Origin: Saprospiraceae bacterium
Lineage (GTDB): Bacteria; Bacteroidota; Bacteroidia; Chitinophagales; Saprospiraceae
Reading direction: 5' to 3'
DNA length: 64,000 nucleotides
Assembly (NCBI GenBank): GCA_022448955.1
Contig: JAKVCU010000006.1
Span: 276 to 64,275 of the forward strand
Positions within the stretch are counted from its first letter, which is position 1. Each line of letters opens with the position of its first letter. The notes under the pieces were generated by a model. That model did not search any database. It was not told the DNA's origin and saw only the letters and a program-made list of their open reading frames with translations. The position numbers and the translations under genes are program-made. Shown here in pieces: positions 41,796-52,690 of the stretch.

Positions 41796-44210
41796 ATGAA
41801 GAAACTACCTATCTGGTTTGGGCTTTTTTTAAGTTTTCTGTTCGTCGACGAGCTTTATGCTGCTCAAAACGGAGATAAAAAAGTAAAGAATGGCGTTCTA
41901 TATCTATCTTACCAAGATATAGAATCTACATACGTAACCTTGGACGGAGAATGGGAATTCTACTGGGATACCCTCTTGTATCATAGGGACTTTTCCATGT
42001 TGGATGCTTCTATTCCTCAAATAGTACCCTTTCCTAGCACTTGGAATATGCTACAAAATAGGTTCAAAAATATCCAACCGCATGGATACGGCACCTACAG
42101 GGTGAGGGTTGAATTGGATTCTGTTCCTGGTTTGTTAGCACTATCTATACCGGATTTTTATACCTCCTACAAACTTTGGTTAAATGGAGAGATTTTTGCC
42201 CAAAATGGAGTGGTAGGCACTTCTCCAGAAAAAAGTGAACCCAAATGGCTACCCCAAACCCTACCCTTTGCCCTAGATGATGCAACAAGCATAGAGATCA
42301 TTCTTCAAATATCGAATTTTGACCATCGCAAAGGTGGCCCAGCAGAACCTATACTCATTGGTAAAGCTGATCAATTATTATCCATTCGCGAAACTAACCA
42401 AAACCTAACCTACGCCCTTTTTGGAAGTTTCATTATTTCGGGCCTATTTCTATTTGGTTTATATTTTTATGGAAAAGGAGAAAATGCAGCACTATTCTTT
42501 TCTCTTTTTTGCTTAATACACAGCTACCGAATTATAGGAGCAGAAGACTACGCCTTACACCACATCTTTACCCGTCTTCCTTTCCATGTTGCGCTGAAGA
42601 TAGAATACATCTCCATGTACCTAAGTATTGCCTTCTTTTGGTATTTCACTTATTTCTTATTTTTTGAATTGTTTAGCAAAAAAATAACAAAATATATCAG
42701 TTGGCTCTTGTATGGACTTTCGTTTTTTATGCTCATACTCCCTTGTAATCTAGCTACTTATACCATATATGCCTTTTATCCTATTTTAATTTTTAGTACG
42801 GTGTATGGCGCGATAAATATAGGTAGAGCTCTTATATTCCGTCTAGGGAAAATGTGGCATGTAAGTACTGGTTATTTAAGTATTTTGTTTATTGCTATTT
42901 ACACATTAGGGGATAACCAAGAATGGTGGCATGCGAATAGCCTTTATGTATTATTAGGCTATTTAAACTTTTTACTATTTATGTCTATCCATCTGTCTAG
43001 TCGATTTGCGATTTCTCTTAGAAGAGCAGTAGAAGAGGCAGAAACTGCAAATAAAGCAAAATCTGCATTCCTTGCCGCCATGTCCCATGAAATTAGAACC
43101 CCTATGAATGGGGTAATTGGATTATCTAATTTGTTATCTAAAACACCTCTTTCATCAGAGCAAAAAGATTATGTAAACCTTATTCAAGTTAGTGGTAAAA
43201 ACCTACTGAGCATTATTAATGATATTTTGGATTTCTCCAAAATAGAAGCAAATAGGATGGAGCTAGACGTGAAGGAGTTTCGATTGCAGCTAATGGTAGA
43301 AGAAACAATGGACATGGTGAAAAAAACAGCAGAAGATAAAGGACTTTATTTTAAATCCACTTTTGCAGAGAATTTACCATTTACAGTAGAAGGTGATATC
43401 ATCCGTATTCGTCAAATTATGATTAACTTACTGGATAATGCAATTAAATTTACCAACAAGGGAGGGATCGAACTTAAGGTCTCTATAAATACTGTAAATG
43501 AGAATATAGCTCAGACAAGGTTTGATGTAATAGACACAGGTATTGGTATTGAAGAGAGCCGTCTTAATGCCTTATTTCAGCCCTTCACCCAAGCAAATAT
43601 TTCCATAGCTAGGGAGTTTGGAGGAACAGGCCTTGGTTTAGCAATCACCCAACAATTGGTATCTCTAATGAACGGAAAAATGCAAGCAACCAGCCTTATT
43701 CATAAGGGCTCTTGCTTTACTTTTACGCTACCGCTCCGCATAACACAACAATCAAAGCATAAAGACTTCCTTCCTCCAATCATTAAAAATGGATTTGACA
43801 CACATCTTAGTAAAAAGATACCCCTCAATATTCTGATTGTAGAAGACCATCCAATAAATAAGATTTTTATTCAATCTTTATTAATGAAATTGGGCTACAA
43901 AACAGATAGTGCTGGCAATGGTAAGGAAGCAGTCAATATCGTTCAGCAGAAAAAGATAGACCTTATTTTTATGGATATACGCATGCCTATAATGGATGGT
44001 ATTGAGGCTACTCAGCATATTCTTCAATCGCATAATCTACCACAGACACCTATCATCGTCGCAATGACGGCTGACGCCATAGAATCCGAAAAAGAAAAAT
44101 GTATGTCTGTTGGTATGAAAGACTATATCACCAAACCTATACTCGATGGAGTAATTGAAGAGTGTATACACAAATGGGGGACCCTGATCATTAAGCAAGC
44201 TAAAATTTAA
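41796..44210 (+). CDS. hybrid sensor histidine kinase/response regulator with 7TMR-DISM type sensor
   Basis: Extracellular beta-sandwich-like domain, seven TM helices, [11 protein letters not shown]-box, HATPase ([15 protein letters not shown]), and a C-terminal receiver ([10 protein letters not shown]). The ATG at 41796 is preferred over 41709. Confidence 0.88.
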   Translation: MKKLPIWFGLFLSFLFVDELYAAQNGDKKVKNGVLYLSYQDIESTYVTLDGEWEFYWDTLLYHRDFSMLDASIPQIVPFPSTWNMLQNRFKNIQPHGYGTYRVRVELDSVPGLLALSIPDFYTSYKLWLNGEIFAQNGVVGTSPEKSEPKWLPQTLPFALDDATSIEIILQISNFDHRKGGPAEPILIGKADQLLSIRETNQNLTYALFGSFIISGLFLFGLYFYGKGENAALFFSLFCLIHSYRIIGAEDYALHHIFTRLPFHVALKIEYISMYLSIAFFWYFTYFLFFELFSKKITKYISWLLYGLSFFMLILPCNLATYTIYAFYPILIFSTVYGAINIGRALIFRLGKMWHVSTGYLSILFIAIYTLGDNQEWWHANSLYVLLGYLNFLLFMSIHLSSRFAISLRRAVEEAETANKAKSAFLAAMSHEIRTPMNGVIGLSNLLSKTPLSSEQKDYVNLIQVSGKNLLSIINDILDFSKIEANRMELDVKEFRLQLMVEETMDMVKKTAEDKGLYFKSTFAENLPFTVEGDIIRIRQIMINLLDNAIKFTNKGGIELKVSINTVNENIAQTRFDVIDTGIGIEESRLNALFQPFTQANISIAREFGGTGLGLAITQQLVSLMNGKMQATSLIHKGSCFTFTLPLRITQQSKHKDFLPPIIKNGFDTHLSKKIPLNILIVEDHPINKIFIQSLLMKLGYKTDSAGNGKEAVNIVQQKKIDLIFMDIRMPIMDGIEATQHILQSHNLPQTPIIVAMTADAIESEKEKCMSVGMKDYITKPILDGVIEECIHKWGTLIIKQAKI

Positions 44211-44370
44211 ATAGAATTTTAGATTTGGCATTTTCATACAATTTGTATTACTTTTAGGCGTTATTTAACAAAACTATTCCCTTCTTACTTGCGTAAAACA
44301 TTGATTTCATTTAATTTACGATTGTAAACAGCTTCAATTGCGCGTTTTATTCAACAAATTAAAACATCTT

Positions 44371-46074
44371 ATGACACGGCATTTACTGATACTTAGCCTA
44401 TGTTTTTCAATCCCTGCGTTAGCTTATGCAGGACCTTTATATATCTTATTCGATAACGATTGTATGGACGTTTTCGAATATGAATTCCAAAATAAAGATG
44501 CTGGTGACAACTACGATGCCTACCATATCAAAGTAAATGATACGGAAAAAGTCATCTTTGATGTCAATCCTGACAGTTACAGATACCAAAACTACCTGCC
44601 TGCTCAGTATATTAGTTGCCAAAATGCAGTTTTTGATAAAAGACTAGTCGCTCAAATTAACAGGTCGGTTGACGAAGTTTATATTATTCAAAAAAAAGGA
44701 AGAAAAAAGTATTATTTACTACCAGTTATTTTTGCAGCCTATTTCAAAAATGATAAGGGTGATATAGATTTTATTTCTCCTAAATACCAATTCAGATTTA
44801 ATACAGAAACAGGTACGATTGGAGAGGACGTCTCTTTCAACAATCCTAAAGCAGATATATTCTTTGAAGCAAAGTTAGAGAATGAATGCTCTGGCGCATT
44901 TTTACTACGTCAAAATGTCAAGGACCAACCTAAAGGGTTAACTTATCTCTTATTTGTTCCAGAAATAGGAATAGTAGAAGAAAGAAATGGCTCGAATTCA
45001 TTAGAGGCATTAGAAAATACGGTAAAGCTAGAAAAGGTAAATAATAAGAGCTTTAATAGTCACTTAAAAGATATTTGTAAAGAGCGCCGTTCAGATGAGG
45101 TTGGAGATTTGGTTTTAAGCCCCGTTGTTCCTGCAAATGATAACAGCTTCCAAAAAGATAATTTTGATCGGCCAGAACCAAAGGTAAATGATGAGTTTGA
45201 AGAAAGAGGCTTTGATGAAACAGAAATTAATATTGATCCAATTGTAAATTATAATCAACCAAAGGTAATTAATACACCACCGACTTACAGTAGCGATACT
45301 GGAGAGCGCTACCATATCGTAAAAAAAGGAGAAACACTCTATCGAATATCCAAAAAATATAATATTTCAGTAGGAGAAATAAAAGCTTGGAATAAACTCA
45401 GCTCCAATACTATTTATCGCAATGACAAATTATTGGTTTCGGGGCCTTCTACACAAACTACAACAGCTTTACCGGCTCCCTATGAGCAAACCACTGAAAA
45501 AGGAATTCCAAAATGGCATACTACCTCAGGTCAGCATACTGTTAAAAATGGTGAAACAGTAGCTTATGTAGCGATGCTGTATGGCTTCACAGAAAAACGG
45601 TTTCGCGAAATCAATAACTTAAAAACGAATGAGGTTGTTCGAATAGGTCAAGTATTAAAAACGCAAGATTGTGAACGCTACCCAAATCCAGATAATGATA
45701 AGCGGCCAGATGTTTATGAAAAAGGAGCCTACCAAGCTGATGTGATCCCAAGAACTAGAGAAAATCAATTCTTAAATGATCCATCAAGAAATACGCCAGT
45801 ATTTTATGACCAACCAGAATCAGGTAACTACCGGAATACTAAAGGAGGTTCAGTTAAAGTTGATCCGGAACTAATGCCCAGAGGATATGAAGGAGCCAGT
45901 CAAAGAATTAATACCAAGCCTTCTGGTCAGCGCATATCTCACATCGTAAAGGATGGAGATACTCTTTATTCCCTAGCACTTCAGTACAATGTCACAGTTG
46001 AACATTTACGCAGAATAAATAATATGGAGGTTAATGAGATCCTCATTCCGCACCAAAAAATTTATATTGACTAA
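44371..46074 (+). CDS. secreted protein with unknown N-terminal domain and three LysM repeats
   Basis: Signal peptide after the ATG at 44371. LysM repeats at YHIVKKGETLYRISKKY, HTVKNGETVAYVAMLYG and HIVKDGDTLYSLALQYN. Confidence 0.8.
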   Translation: MTRHLLILSLCFSIPALAYAGPLYILFDNDCMDVFEYEFQNKDAGDNYDAYHIKVNDTEKVIFDVNPDSYRYQNYLPAQYISCQNAVFDKRLVAQINRSVDEVYIIQKKGRKKYYLLPVIFAAYFKNDKGDIDFISPKYQFRFNTETGTIGEDVSFNNPKADIFFEAKLENECSGAFLLRQNVKDQPKGLTYLLFVPEIGIVEERNGSNSLEALENTVKLEKVNNKSFNSHLKDICKERRSDEVGDLVLSPVVPANDNSFQKDNFDRPEPKVNDEFEERGFDETEINIDPIVNYNQPKVINTPPTYSSDTGERYHIVKKGETLYRISKKYNISVGEIKAWNKLSSNTIYRNDKLLVSGPSTQTTTALPAPYEQTTEKGIPKWHTTSGQHTVKNGETVAYVAMLYGFTEKRFREINNLKTNEVVRIGQVLKTQDCERYPNPDNDKRPDVYEKGAYQADVIPRTRENQFLNDPSRNTPVFYDQPESGNYRNTKGGSVKVDPELMPRGYEGASQRINTKPSGQRISHIVKDGDTLYSLALQYNVTVEHLRRINNMEVNEILIPHQKIYID

Positions 46075-46105
46075 TAAAAAAAGGGCCCAATGGGCCCTTT
46101 TTTTA
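46075..46105. terminator. bidirectional rho-independent terminator
   Basis: aaaaaagggccc aat gggcccttttttt, a perfect GC stem flanked by A and T runs, lying between convergent genes. Confidence 0.85.
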
Positions 46106-46117
46106 TTGCTTCATGGA

Positions 46118-47473
46118 TTACCTTCTTCTTCTAAACCTGCTTTTTGCACGGCCTCCACCACCTCCCATAGCTCCCATACCTTGGGACTTACTCATCTTAT
46201 GCATCATCTTACGCATTTGATCAAATTGCTTCATAAAGGCATTAATTTCGTGGATATTCTGTCCACATCCTTTTGCAATCCTTTTCTTTCTGCTCATATT
46301 CAATAACTCAGGATTCCCTCGCTCAACAGGAGTCATGGATTGAATAATAGCTTCTACTTTGTTAAATGCATTATTATCAATTTCAAGGCCTTTTGTCAAT
46401 TTAGACATACCAGGGATCATATTCATTAAACTCTTTAAATCTCCCATTTTTTTGATCTGATTAATCTGACTTAAAAAGTCATTAAAATCAAATTTATTCT
46501 TCTTGATCCGATCTTCTAAACGCTTAGCTTCCTTTTCATCAAATTGTTCTTGGGCTTTTTCTACAAAGGAAACAATATCCCCCATACCAAGGATACGCTG
46601 CGCGATCCGTTCAGGGTAGAAGATATCCAATGTGTCCATTTTCTCACCTTGAGAAACAAATTTGATTGGTTTATTAACAGTGTACTTAATAGATAGTGCC
46701 GCACCTCCTCTGGTATCCCCATCTAACTTTGTCAAGACAACACCATCGAAATTTAAGCGATCATTAAAAGCCTTAGCCGTATTCACCGCATCCTGCCCAG
46801 TCATCGAATCCACAACAAAAAGCGTTTCATTTGGCTGTACAGCTTCCTTCAATTGTGAAATTTCATTCATCATCTGCTCATCCACACTTAGACGACCAGC
46901 AGTATCGACAATAACAATATCAAAGCCATGATCATTAGCATGTTTAATACCATTCAGCGCAATTTCTACAGGGTTCTTGTTATCTGGCTCTTTGTATATA
47001 CCAGCACCAATTTGTTCTGAAAGTACCGTAAGCTGATCAATAGCAGCAGGACGATAAACATCGCAAGCCACTAAAAGTGGAGATTTTTTGCGTTTTGTCT
47101 TCAGGAAATGTGCTAATTTTCCCGAAAAGGTGGTTTTTCCCGATCCTTGTAAACCAGCAATTAAGAAAACACTCGGTTTGCCTTTTAGGTCAATTCCCGC
47201 TGCCTGGCCTCCCATCAACTCTGTCAACTCATCTTGTACAATTTTGACCATCAATTGGCCTGCTTTTACAGACTTCAGAATGTTCTCTTTGCCAAGAGCT
47301 TTCTCCTTTACCCTATCAGTAAATTCCTTTGCTATTTTATAATTTACATCGGCTGCTACCAACGCTCGGCGAATTTCCTTCACAGACTGAGCGATGTTGA
47401 TTTCTGTTAACTTATTCTCCCCCGTTAGGGTCTTCAAAGCGCCTTCTAAACGATCACTTAAACTTTCAAACAT
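46118..47473 (-). CDS. ffh: signal recognition particle protein
   Basis: NG domain with GLQGSGKTT, DTAGR and TKLDGD, plus a Met-rich M domain. 451 aa. Confidence 0.96.
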   Translation of the reverse strand: MFESLSDRLEGALKTLTGENKLTEINIAQSVKEIRRALVAADVNYKIAKEFTDRVKEKALGKENILKSVKAGQLMVKIVQDELTELMGGQAAGIDLKGKPSVFLIAGLQGSGKTTFSGKLAHFLKTKRKKSPLLVACDVYRPAAIDQLTVLSEQIGAGIYKEPDNKNPVEIALNGIKHANDHGFDIVIVDTAGRLSVDEQMMNEISQLKEAVQPNETLFVVDSMTGQDAVNTAKAFNDRLNFDGVVLTKLDGDTRGGAALSIKYTVNKPIKFVSQGEKMDTLDIFYPERIAQRILGMGDIVSFVEKAQEQFDEKEAKRLEDRIKKNKFDFNDFLSQINQIKKMGDLKSLMNMIPGMSKLTKGLEIDNNAFNKVEAIIQSMTPVERGNPELLNMSRKKRIAKGCGQNIHEINAFMKQFDQMRKMMHKMSKSQGMGAMGGGGGRAKSRFRRRR

Positions 47474-47578
47474 AAGAGCTTCTATTTATCAAAAGAATGC
47501 TATTGCGGACAATCTTACTAGCATCACTCCATAAAGAAGAAATAACAATATATTTTCTGTCCTTTTCTGCTTAGTCGG

Positions 47579-47586
47579 CAAATATA
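47579..47586 (-). promoter_or_regulatory. TAtaTTTG -7 type box on minus strand
   Basis: The complement of caaatata. It lies about 106 nt upstream of the ffh ATG. Confidence 0.3.
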
Positions 47587-48118
47587 AGAACTTTATGGCT
47601 TAAAAGCTTATCAATGAAGTCATAGACTGCAAAAAATAATTGATCTTAAATTGATGAACAATGAAATGACCATATCCAAATGAAGCAATTTAGTAAAGCT
47701 TAATTTTTATTCTATACAGACTGTTGGGGCTACCCTACCAAATTCCTTCTTAAGGAAATGTTAATTTTTTTTGGTAAAGCTTACGAATTCTGACTTTGAA
47801 TTCCTATATTTGGTTGGACCACATTGGTTATTCCTCAAAGCGTAGCAATACGATAGATCCCTACAAGAACATATTTAATCTGACATTTACCAATATAAAA
47901 CATAGCGGTTCTAACTGCTAGGTGCTCAAATAAAATCGCTTGTATAATAATGATGATCAGGCTAAAAATAGTAAGTTACTGAAGATAGAAAAGGGATGTA
48001 TGGCTTTTGGCTGGCCCCAAACCTTTCAGCCTTTGGCGAAAATTTTATGATGTCAGTTTTCGGGCTTACTACTCAAAGAAACTATTTCTTTTATTCTATA
48101 TAACAAACAAAAAAGTCT

Positions 48119-48997
48119 ATGACTGGAATATCTAAAACACTCCTAATGCTAGGTTCCTGGTTGCTTTTTGCAGTAGCCTGGTGGTTTTTAGCATTGAAGG
48201 ATTGTTGTCCGGAAACAGATGGTGCAGCGATAACGGATATAGCTGATACCACCACTGTAGTAGAGCCGGCAGCACCTGTTTTAAGTGCCCCATTAGGATT
48301 TCTTTGGGATTCGGAAGTGGCCCATAAAGGCCCTGGCTTCCAAGCATTCAAAGATTCCATCCTGGCAGGCATGACGGATAACAATATCCTTGAATTTGTT
48401 GGTCACTATTATGAAGGTGAAAAAGCAATGGTAGGAGATAATGAAGAAGAAAGTATGAGCCTCGGTCTTGCCAGAGCCCAAGCACTTCAAGCCTTATTCC
48501 CTGAAGTTCCTGAAGATAGGGCAAGATACGCTGCTAGATCAATCGATAAAGAGGGTGAGGGTGTTCGGACAAATTATTTTGCAGCCCATGCATTCAACTG
48601 GCAAGAAGCAGAAGAAAGTAAAGCAGTAGCCAATACGGTCGAAGAGTTAGATGATCGAATAATCATTCGATTCCCATTTGGTTCTGCGGTCAAAGAATAT
48701 AACAAAGAGGTAGATGAGTACCTTAAAAAGTTATCTGCCAGAGTAATCGAGACGAATGAAAATATCACCTTGACTGGTCATACCGATAATAAGGGCTCTA
48801 ATGAAGATAACTTAAAATTAGGCCAAGATCGTGCGGATGGAATCAAAGCAATTTTGGTAAAAGACGGTGTGGATACAGCTCTCATTACTACCTCTTCAAA
48901 GGGTGAAACACAACCGATTCGTTCCAATGATACAGATGCTGGTCGTTATGAGAACCGCCGTGTAGAAGTACGTCTAATCAAAAAGGAAGAAAACTAA
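48119..48997 (+). CDS. OmpA/MotB-family peptidoglycan-associated protein with N-terminal membrane anchor
   Basis: C-terminal LTGHTDNKGSNEDNLKLGQDRADGIK...NRRVEV. A degenerate OmpA-like segment lies earlier (FVGHYYEGE...LGLARAQAL). Confidence 0.85.
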   Translation: MTGISKTLLMLGSWLLFAVAWWFLALKDCCPETDGAAITDIADTTTVVEPAAPVLSAPLGFLWDSEVAHKGPGFQAFKDSILAGMTDNNILEFVGHYYEGEKAMVGDNEEESMSLGLARAQALQALFPEVPEDRARYAARSIDKEGEGVRTNYFAAHAFNWQEAEESKAVANTVEELDDRIIIRFPFGSAVKEYNKEVDEYLKKLSARVIETNENITLTGHTDNKGSNEDNLKLGQDRADGIKAILVKDGVDTALITTSSKGETQPIRSNDTDAGRYENRRVEVRLIKKEEN

Positions 48998-49023
48998 TTA
49001 ACAAACGAAAAAACTAATCAATT

Positions 49024-49665
49024 ATGTTTAACGATATATTATTATTAGCCTTATTCGGACTTCCTTGTTGGTTGTTGTGGGGATTAGGCTCCTTATTAGC
49101 ATTCTTATTGGGATGGTGGCTGAACTCCTTACTTTCCGGCTACCGTAAAAAAATGGTGGAGGCTGAAAAAGCTAGGGATGCAGAACACGCTCGTTACATT
49201 AATCTGGAAAAAGACCAAAAGAGCCTTCTGTACAAGTTAGAACAATCAGAGGCTGAAACCAAAAAGGTAAGAGGTTTATTAAACAAGTGTGAAGCTGACC
49301 GCATTGGATTATTAGCAAAAATTGAAAGAGATAAAGCAGATGATGACCCAGGCATGGTGGCATCAGGCAGTGGACCAAAAGCTGCTATAAAAGGCGGCTC
49401 TCAAAAAAATGATAATCTTCAGATTATCGAAGGTATAGGCCCAAAAATTGAAGGTCTATTGAAAAATGCCGGCATTAATAATTGGTCAGATTTAGCAGCA
49501 GCTTCCGTTGATAAAATCAAGGAAATACTTGCAGCAGCTGGCGATCGCTATCGCTTGGCTCAACCAGATACCTGGCCAAAGCAAGCTAGCCTTGCGGCAG
49601 AAGGTAAGTTTAACGAATTAAAAGATTATCAAGATGCCCTTGATGGTGGAAAAGATCCGAGCTAA
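49024..49665 (+). CDS. membrane-anchored coiled-coil protein with C-terminal helix-hairpin-helix-like module
   Basis: TM helix, a charged coiled-coil, and IEGIGPKIEGLLKNAGINNWSDLA. No function recognised. Confidence 0.6.
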   Translation: MFNDILLLALFGLPCWLLWGLGSLLAFLLGWWLNSLLSGYRKKMVEAEKARDAEHARYINLEKDQKSLLYKLEQSEAETKKVRGLLNKCEADRIGLLAKIERDKADDDPGMVASGSGPKAAIKGGSQKNDNLQIIEGIGPKIEGLLKNAGINNWSDLAAASVDKIKEILAAAGDRYRLAQPDTWPKQASLAAEGKFNELKDYQDALDGGKDPS

Positions 49666-49683
49666 GCGGCTAGTCAAAATTAC

Positions 49684-49745
49684 TTGTATAATAAATTCCT
49701 GCCGGCAGGCAGGTTCTAGGCTAACTACTTAAACGCTAAATAATG
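49684..49745. repeat. about 65-nt intergenic element with GC-rich palindrome, copy B
   Basis: aaattac..tata..aattc..cctgccggcagg..aactactta..taatg, in the same order as at 14202-14270. Confidence 0.4.
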
Positions 49746-49764
49746 ATAACTAAATCGTAACATT

Positions 49765-49799
49765 AAGCCTTCTTTGTTTGTTCAAAGAAGGCTTTTTTC
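49765..49799 (+). terminator. rho-independent terminator
   Basis: aagccttctttg / caaagaaggctt 12-bp stem with a 6-nt loop, followed by TTTT. Confidence 0.8.
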
Positions 49800-50041
49800 G
49801 AATAATGATTTCATATTTTTAATCGGAACCTTTAGCGTTGTAAATGCGCACGAGAAAGTGGATAAAAATGAACTAAACCCATATTACAACGATTGGAATC
49901 GTTCATAGCGGCTTTCAGCACGCCACGCACCATATTCGAGATGCGATTGGAATAAAAAAGCGAAAGCATATGTTGATCACTGCATGATTTGCAGACGGTA
50001 AGATATATTTTTAAACAACCTCTATAATAAAAAATGAATAA

Positions 50042-50797
50042 ATGAAACAGCTATTACTCTTTTCTTTACTGCTTATCTCTTTTGGCTGTAGCCAAGATGC
50101 ATCTAAACAAAAAAATAATACTCAAGAAAGCGCTACAATTTCTCCCACATCAAAAGCAGAACAAATTGCCGATGAAGTAATCGAAGCTATGGGCGGACAA
50201 GCCGCATATGATGCCACGCGATATTTAGCATGGAATTTCTTTGGGTTCCGTCACCTATTGTGGGATAAACAAACAGGGGATGTTCGTATTAGCATGAAAA
50301 ATGATCAAACTATCTATATCCTCAATATCAATGATAATAGTGGAATGGTGAAACAGGATGGTCAAGTTTTGACACACCCAGATTCCCTCTCTAAATACTT
50401 AGATAGAGCCAAAAGTATATGGGTTAATGACTCCTACTGGCTAGTTATGCCCTACAAATTAAAAGATCCCGGTGTTCATCTAGCATATATCGGAGAAGAT
50501 ACTATGAAAGGTGGTACTAGTGCAGATGTATTGGAACTTACCTTTAATGACGTAGGAAGAACGCCAGAAAACAAATACTTAGTATATGTTGATAAAAATA
50601 CAAGAATGGTTGGCCAATGGGATTATTACAAAAATGCAACGGATAATCTTCCACGCCTTTCCACACCTTGGGGTGAATGGAAAAAAATGGGAAATATTAT
50701 GCTAAGTGAAGATAGAGGAGAGAGAGATTTGAGCGATGTGGAGGTTTTAGAAAGCGTGCCCGCAAACGCTTTTAATACTTTAGAGTCAATAAAATAA
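50042..50797 (+). CDS. lipoprotein of unknown function
   Basis: Lipobox SFGC. 251 aa, no family recognised with confidence. Confidence 0.6.
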   Translation: MKQLLLFSLLLISFGCSQDASKQKNNTQESATISPTSKAEQIADEVIEAMGGQAAYDATRYLAWNFFGFRHLLWDKQTGDVRISMKNDQTIYILNINDNSGMVKQDGQVLTHPDSLSKYLDRAKSIWVNDSYWLVMPYKLKDPGVHLAYIGEDTMKGGTSADVLELTFNDVGRTPENKYLVYVDKNTRMVGQWDYYKNATDNLPRLSTPWGEWKKMGNIMLSEDRGERDLSDVEVLESVPANAFNTLESIK

Positions 50798-50846
50798 CAT
50801 GTCAATTAAGATATAAATTTCTCAAGCATGGCGATTAAATAAAACA

Positions 50847-50854
50847 TATATTTG
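50847..50854 (+). promoter_or_regulatory. TAtaTTTG -7 type box
   Basis: Matches TAnnTTTG, 27 nt upstream of the ATG at 50881. Confidence 0.4.
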
Positions 50855-50880
50855 CGCCTAATTCAAAAAATAAATTGGCC

Positions 50881-52104
50881 ATGCCTGAGATTTCAAAGCG
50901 AGGACAAAAAGTCCCAATGTCGCCATTCCGAAAGCTTGTGCCTTATGCAGATATTGCAAAAGCGAATGGCAAACATGTTTACCACTTAAATATTGGACAA
51001 CCTGATATTCAAACGCCTGCCGCCGCCATGGCCGCTATTCGGAATATTGATCTTGATATCTTAGCCTATGGCCCTGCCACCGGTAACCTTTCCTACCGTC
51101 AAAAACTTGTTCCGTATTACCAAGCGTATGATATTCAGGTAAAGCCTGACCATATTATTGTTGGAAACGGTGCCTCAGAATGTTTGCAGATATTAATGTT
51201 TGCATGTTTTAATCACAATGATGAAATTATCGTACCTGAGCCATTTTATGCCAATTATAATGGTTTCGCTCAAATTGCAGATGTCAATATTCGTCCACTT
51301 ACGTGTAATATTGAGAATGGTTTTGCATTGCCTCCCATAGAAGCTTTCGAAAAAGCCATTACCTCAAAAACAAAGGGCATTGTTATTACCAATCCTAATA
51401 ATCCAACTGGAGCAGTATATAGCCAAGAGGTTTTAGAGCAATTGGGCGCTCTAGCTAAAAAACATGATCTCTACCTTATCTGTGATGAGGTGTATAGAGA
51501 GTTTTGCTTTGATGATACTGAATTTTATTCTATTCTTAATCTAAGAGGCTTAGAAGAGCACACGATTATCATTGATTCCATATCTAAGCGGTATAGCGCT
51601 TGTGGAGCTAGGGTTGGTGCCATTGTTACTAAGAATGAAGCTTTACTTAATACACTTACTCGTTATGTTAAACTTCGACTAAGTCCACCTGGCTTAGGAC
51701 AAATTTTGGCGGAAGCCTCACTAGAAATGGAGAGCCAATACATGGACGACGTACAAGCGGAATACGATCGTAGAAGAATGACTGTTTTTCACCGTCTTCA
51801 GCAAATGAAGGATGTAGTCTGCTATAAGCCCAGCGGGGCATTCTACTGTTTTGCTAAATTCCCAATTGATGATGCAGATCGTTTTTGCCAATGGTTATTA
51901 GAAGATTTTGAACATAATGGAGCCACTGTAATGCTTTCTCCTGGTGCTGGTTTTTATGCAACACCTGGATTGGGAAAAGATGAAGTAAGAATGGCTTTTG
52001 TGCTAAACACAGATGATCTAAATGAGGCAATGGATTGTTTGCAAATAGCTTTAGCTAAATATCCAGGTAGAGTCGCCAAGCAAGAAATATTAGCAGAAAA
52101 ATAA
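50881..52104 (+). CDS. class I PLP-dependent aminotransferase (aspartate/aromatic type)
   Basis: GQPD, NPNNPTG, and the SISKRYSACGARVG PLP-lysine motif. The ATG at 50881 is preferred over the TTG at 50875. Confidence 0.88.
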   Translation: MPEISKRGQKVPMSPFRKLVPYADIAKANGKHVYHLNIGQPDIQTPAAAMAAIRNIDLDILAYGPATGNLSYRQKLVPYYQAYDIQVKPDHIIVGNGASECLQILMFACFNHNDEIIVPEPFYANYNGFAQIADVNIRPLTCNIENGFALPPIEAFEKAITSKTKGIVITNPNNPTGAVYSQEVLEQLGALAKKHDLYLICDEVYREFCFDDTEFYSILNLRGLEEHTIIIDSISKRYSACGARVGAIVTKNEALLNTLTRYVKLRLSPPGLGQILAEASLEMESQYMDDVQAEYDRRRMTVFHRLQQMKDVVCYKPSGAFYCFAKFPIDDADRFCQWLLEDFEHNGATVMLSPGAGFYATPGLGKDEVRMAFVLNTDDLNEAMDCLQIALAKYPGRVAKQEILAEK

Positions 52105-52110
52105 AACCTT

Positions 52111-52136
52111 AAGGTGCCTTCTTTGGTAGGCACCTT
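52111..52136. terminator. hairpin between convergent genes
   Basis: aaggtgcc / ggcacctt 8-bp stem with a 10-nt loop. Confidence 0.55.
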
Positions 52137-52160
52137 ATCTTAACAAGGCTTATCTCTTCA

Positions 52161-52586
52161 TTATAATAAAATCAAACTTGCCTTTGCATCCATTTTTCCA
52201 AAAACAATAGCATTCTGCTCCCACTCTTTAGCTATTTTCAAAGCCTCTGTCCGTTTTATTCCAATAACTAAAAAACTCTCTTCTGCGGGCCATCGGCCGT
52301 CATCTCCAATTCCTGTACCTTCATAATAAAGGTAGCCAGCTTTTTTCAAACTTTCTTTTAAGGATTGATAGCGTTTTTTATTTTCATTATCAGAAAGCAA
52401 GTTGGATTGCGGATTAGATGCGGTGACGAAGCACCAGCTCCGTCTTTCTAATTTTTGAAGCAGTTGATCTAATAATGGACACTTTTCACCGATTCGGATG
52501 TTAATTTTTAAACAAGGAACAGTATAAGTCGTCTGCTTGTAGGCATTTATTAAGGACTCGTCCAAGGAAGCGGAATAATTATCCAT
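52161..52586 (-). CDS. DUF3293-like protein
   Basis: VTASNPQSNLLSDNENKKRYQSLKESL ... EESFLVIGI ... QNAIVF matches the DUF3293 pattern as I remember it. The ATG at 52586 is preferred over the TTG at 52610. Confidence 0.65.
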   Translation of the reverse strand: MDNYSASLDESLINAYKQTTYTVPCLKINIRIGEKCPLLDQLLQKLERRSWCFVTASNPQSNLLSDNENKKRYQSLKESLKKAGYLYYEGTGIGDDGRWPAEESFLVIGIKRTEALKIAKEWEQNAIVFGKMDAKASLILL

Positions 52587-52614
52587 TGCTTTTCTTTTTC
52601 GTTTGAACAAATTG

Positions 52615-52622
52615 TACCTTTG
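52615..52622 (+). promoter_or_regulatory. TAccTTTG -7 type box
   Basis: Matches TAnnTTTG, 69 nt upstream of the yidC ATG at 52691. Confidence 0.35.
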
Positions 52623-52690
52623 GCCTGCTTTTTAGAAAGTAGTTAAAAGTGCATACACTTTATCGTTTTTTTGAATAAACTAATTTATTG

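Noticed and set aside
49801-50040. GC-richer 240-nt interval after a terminator, with small palindromes (aacgattggaatcgtt) and a ~46-codon minus-strand ORF, considered as an ncRNA or gene fragment
   Set aside because: I could not match it to any RNA family or protein family by eye. The stems are short, and the evidence is too weak for a feature call. An Rfam scan and BLASTX would settle it.
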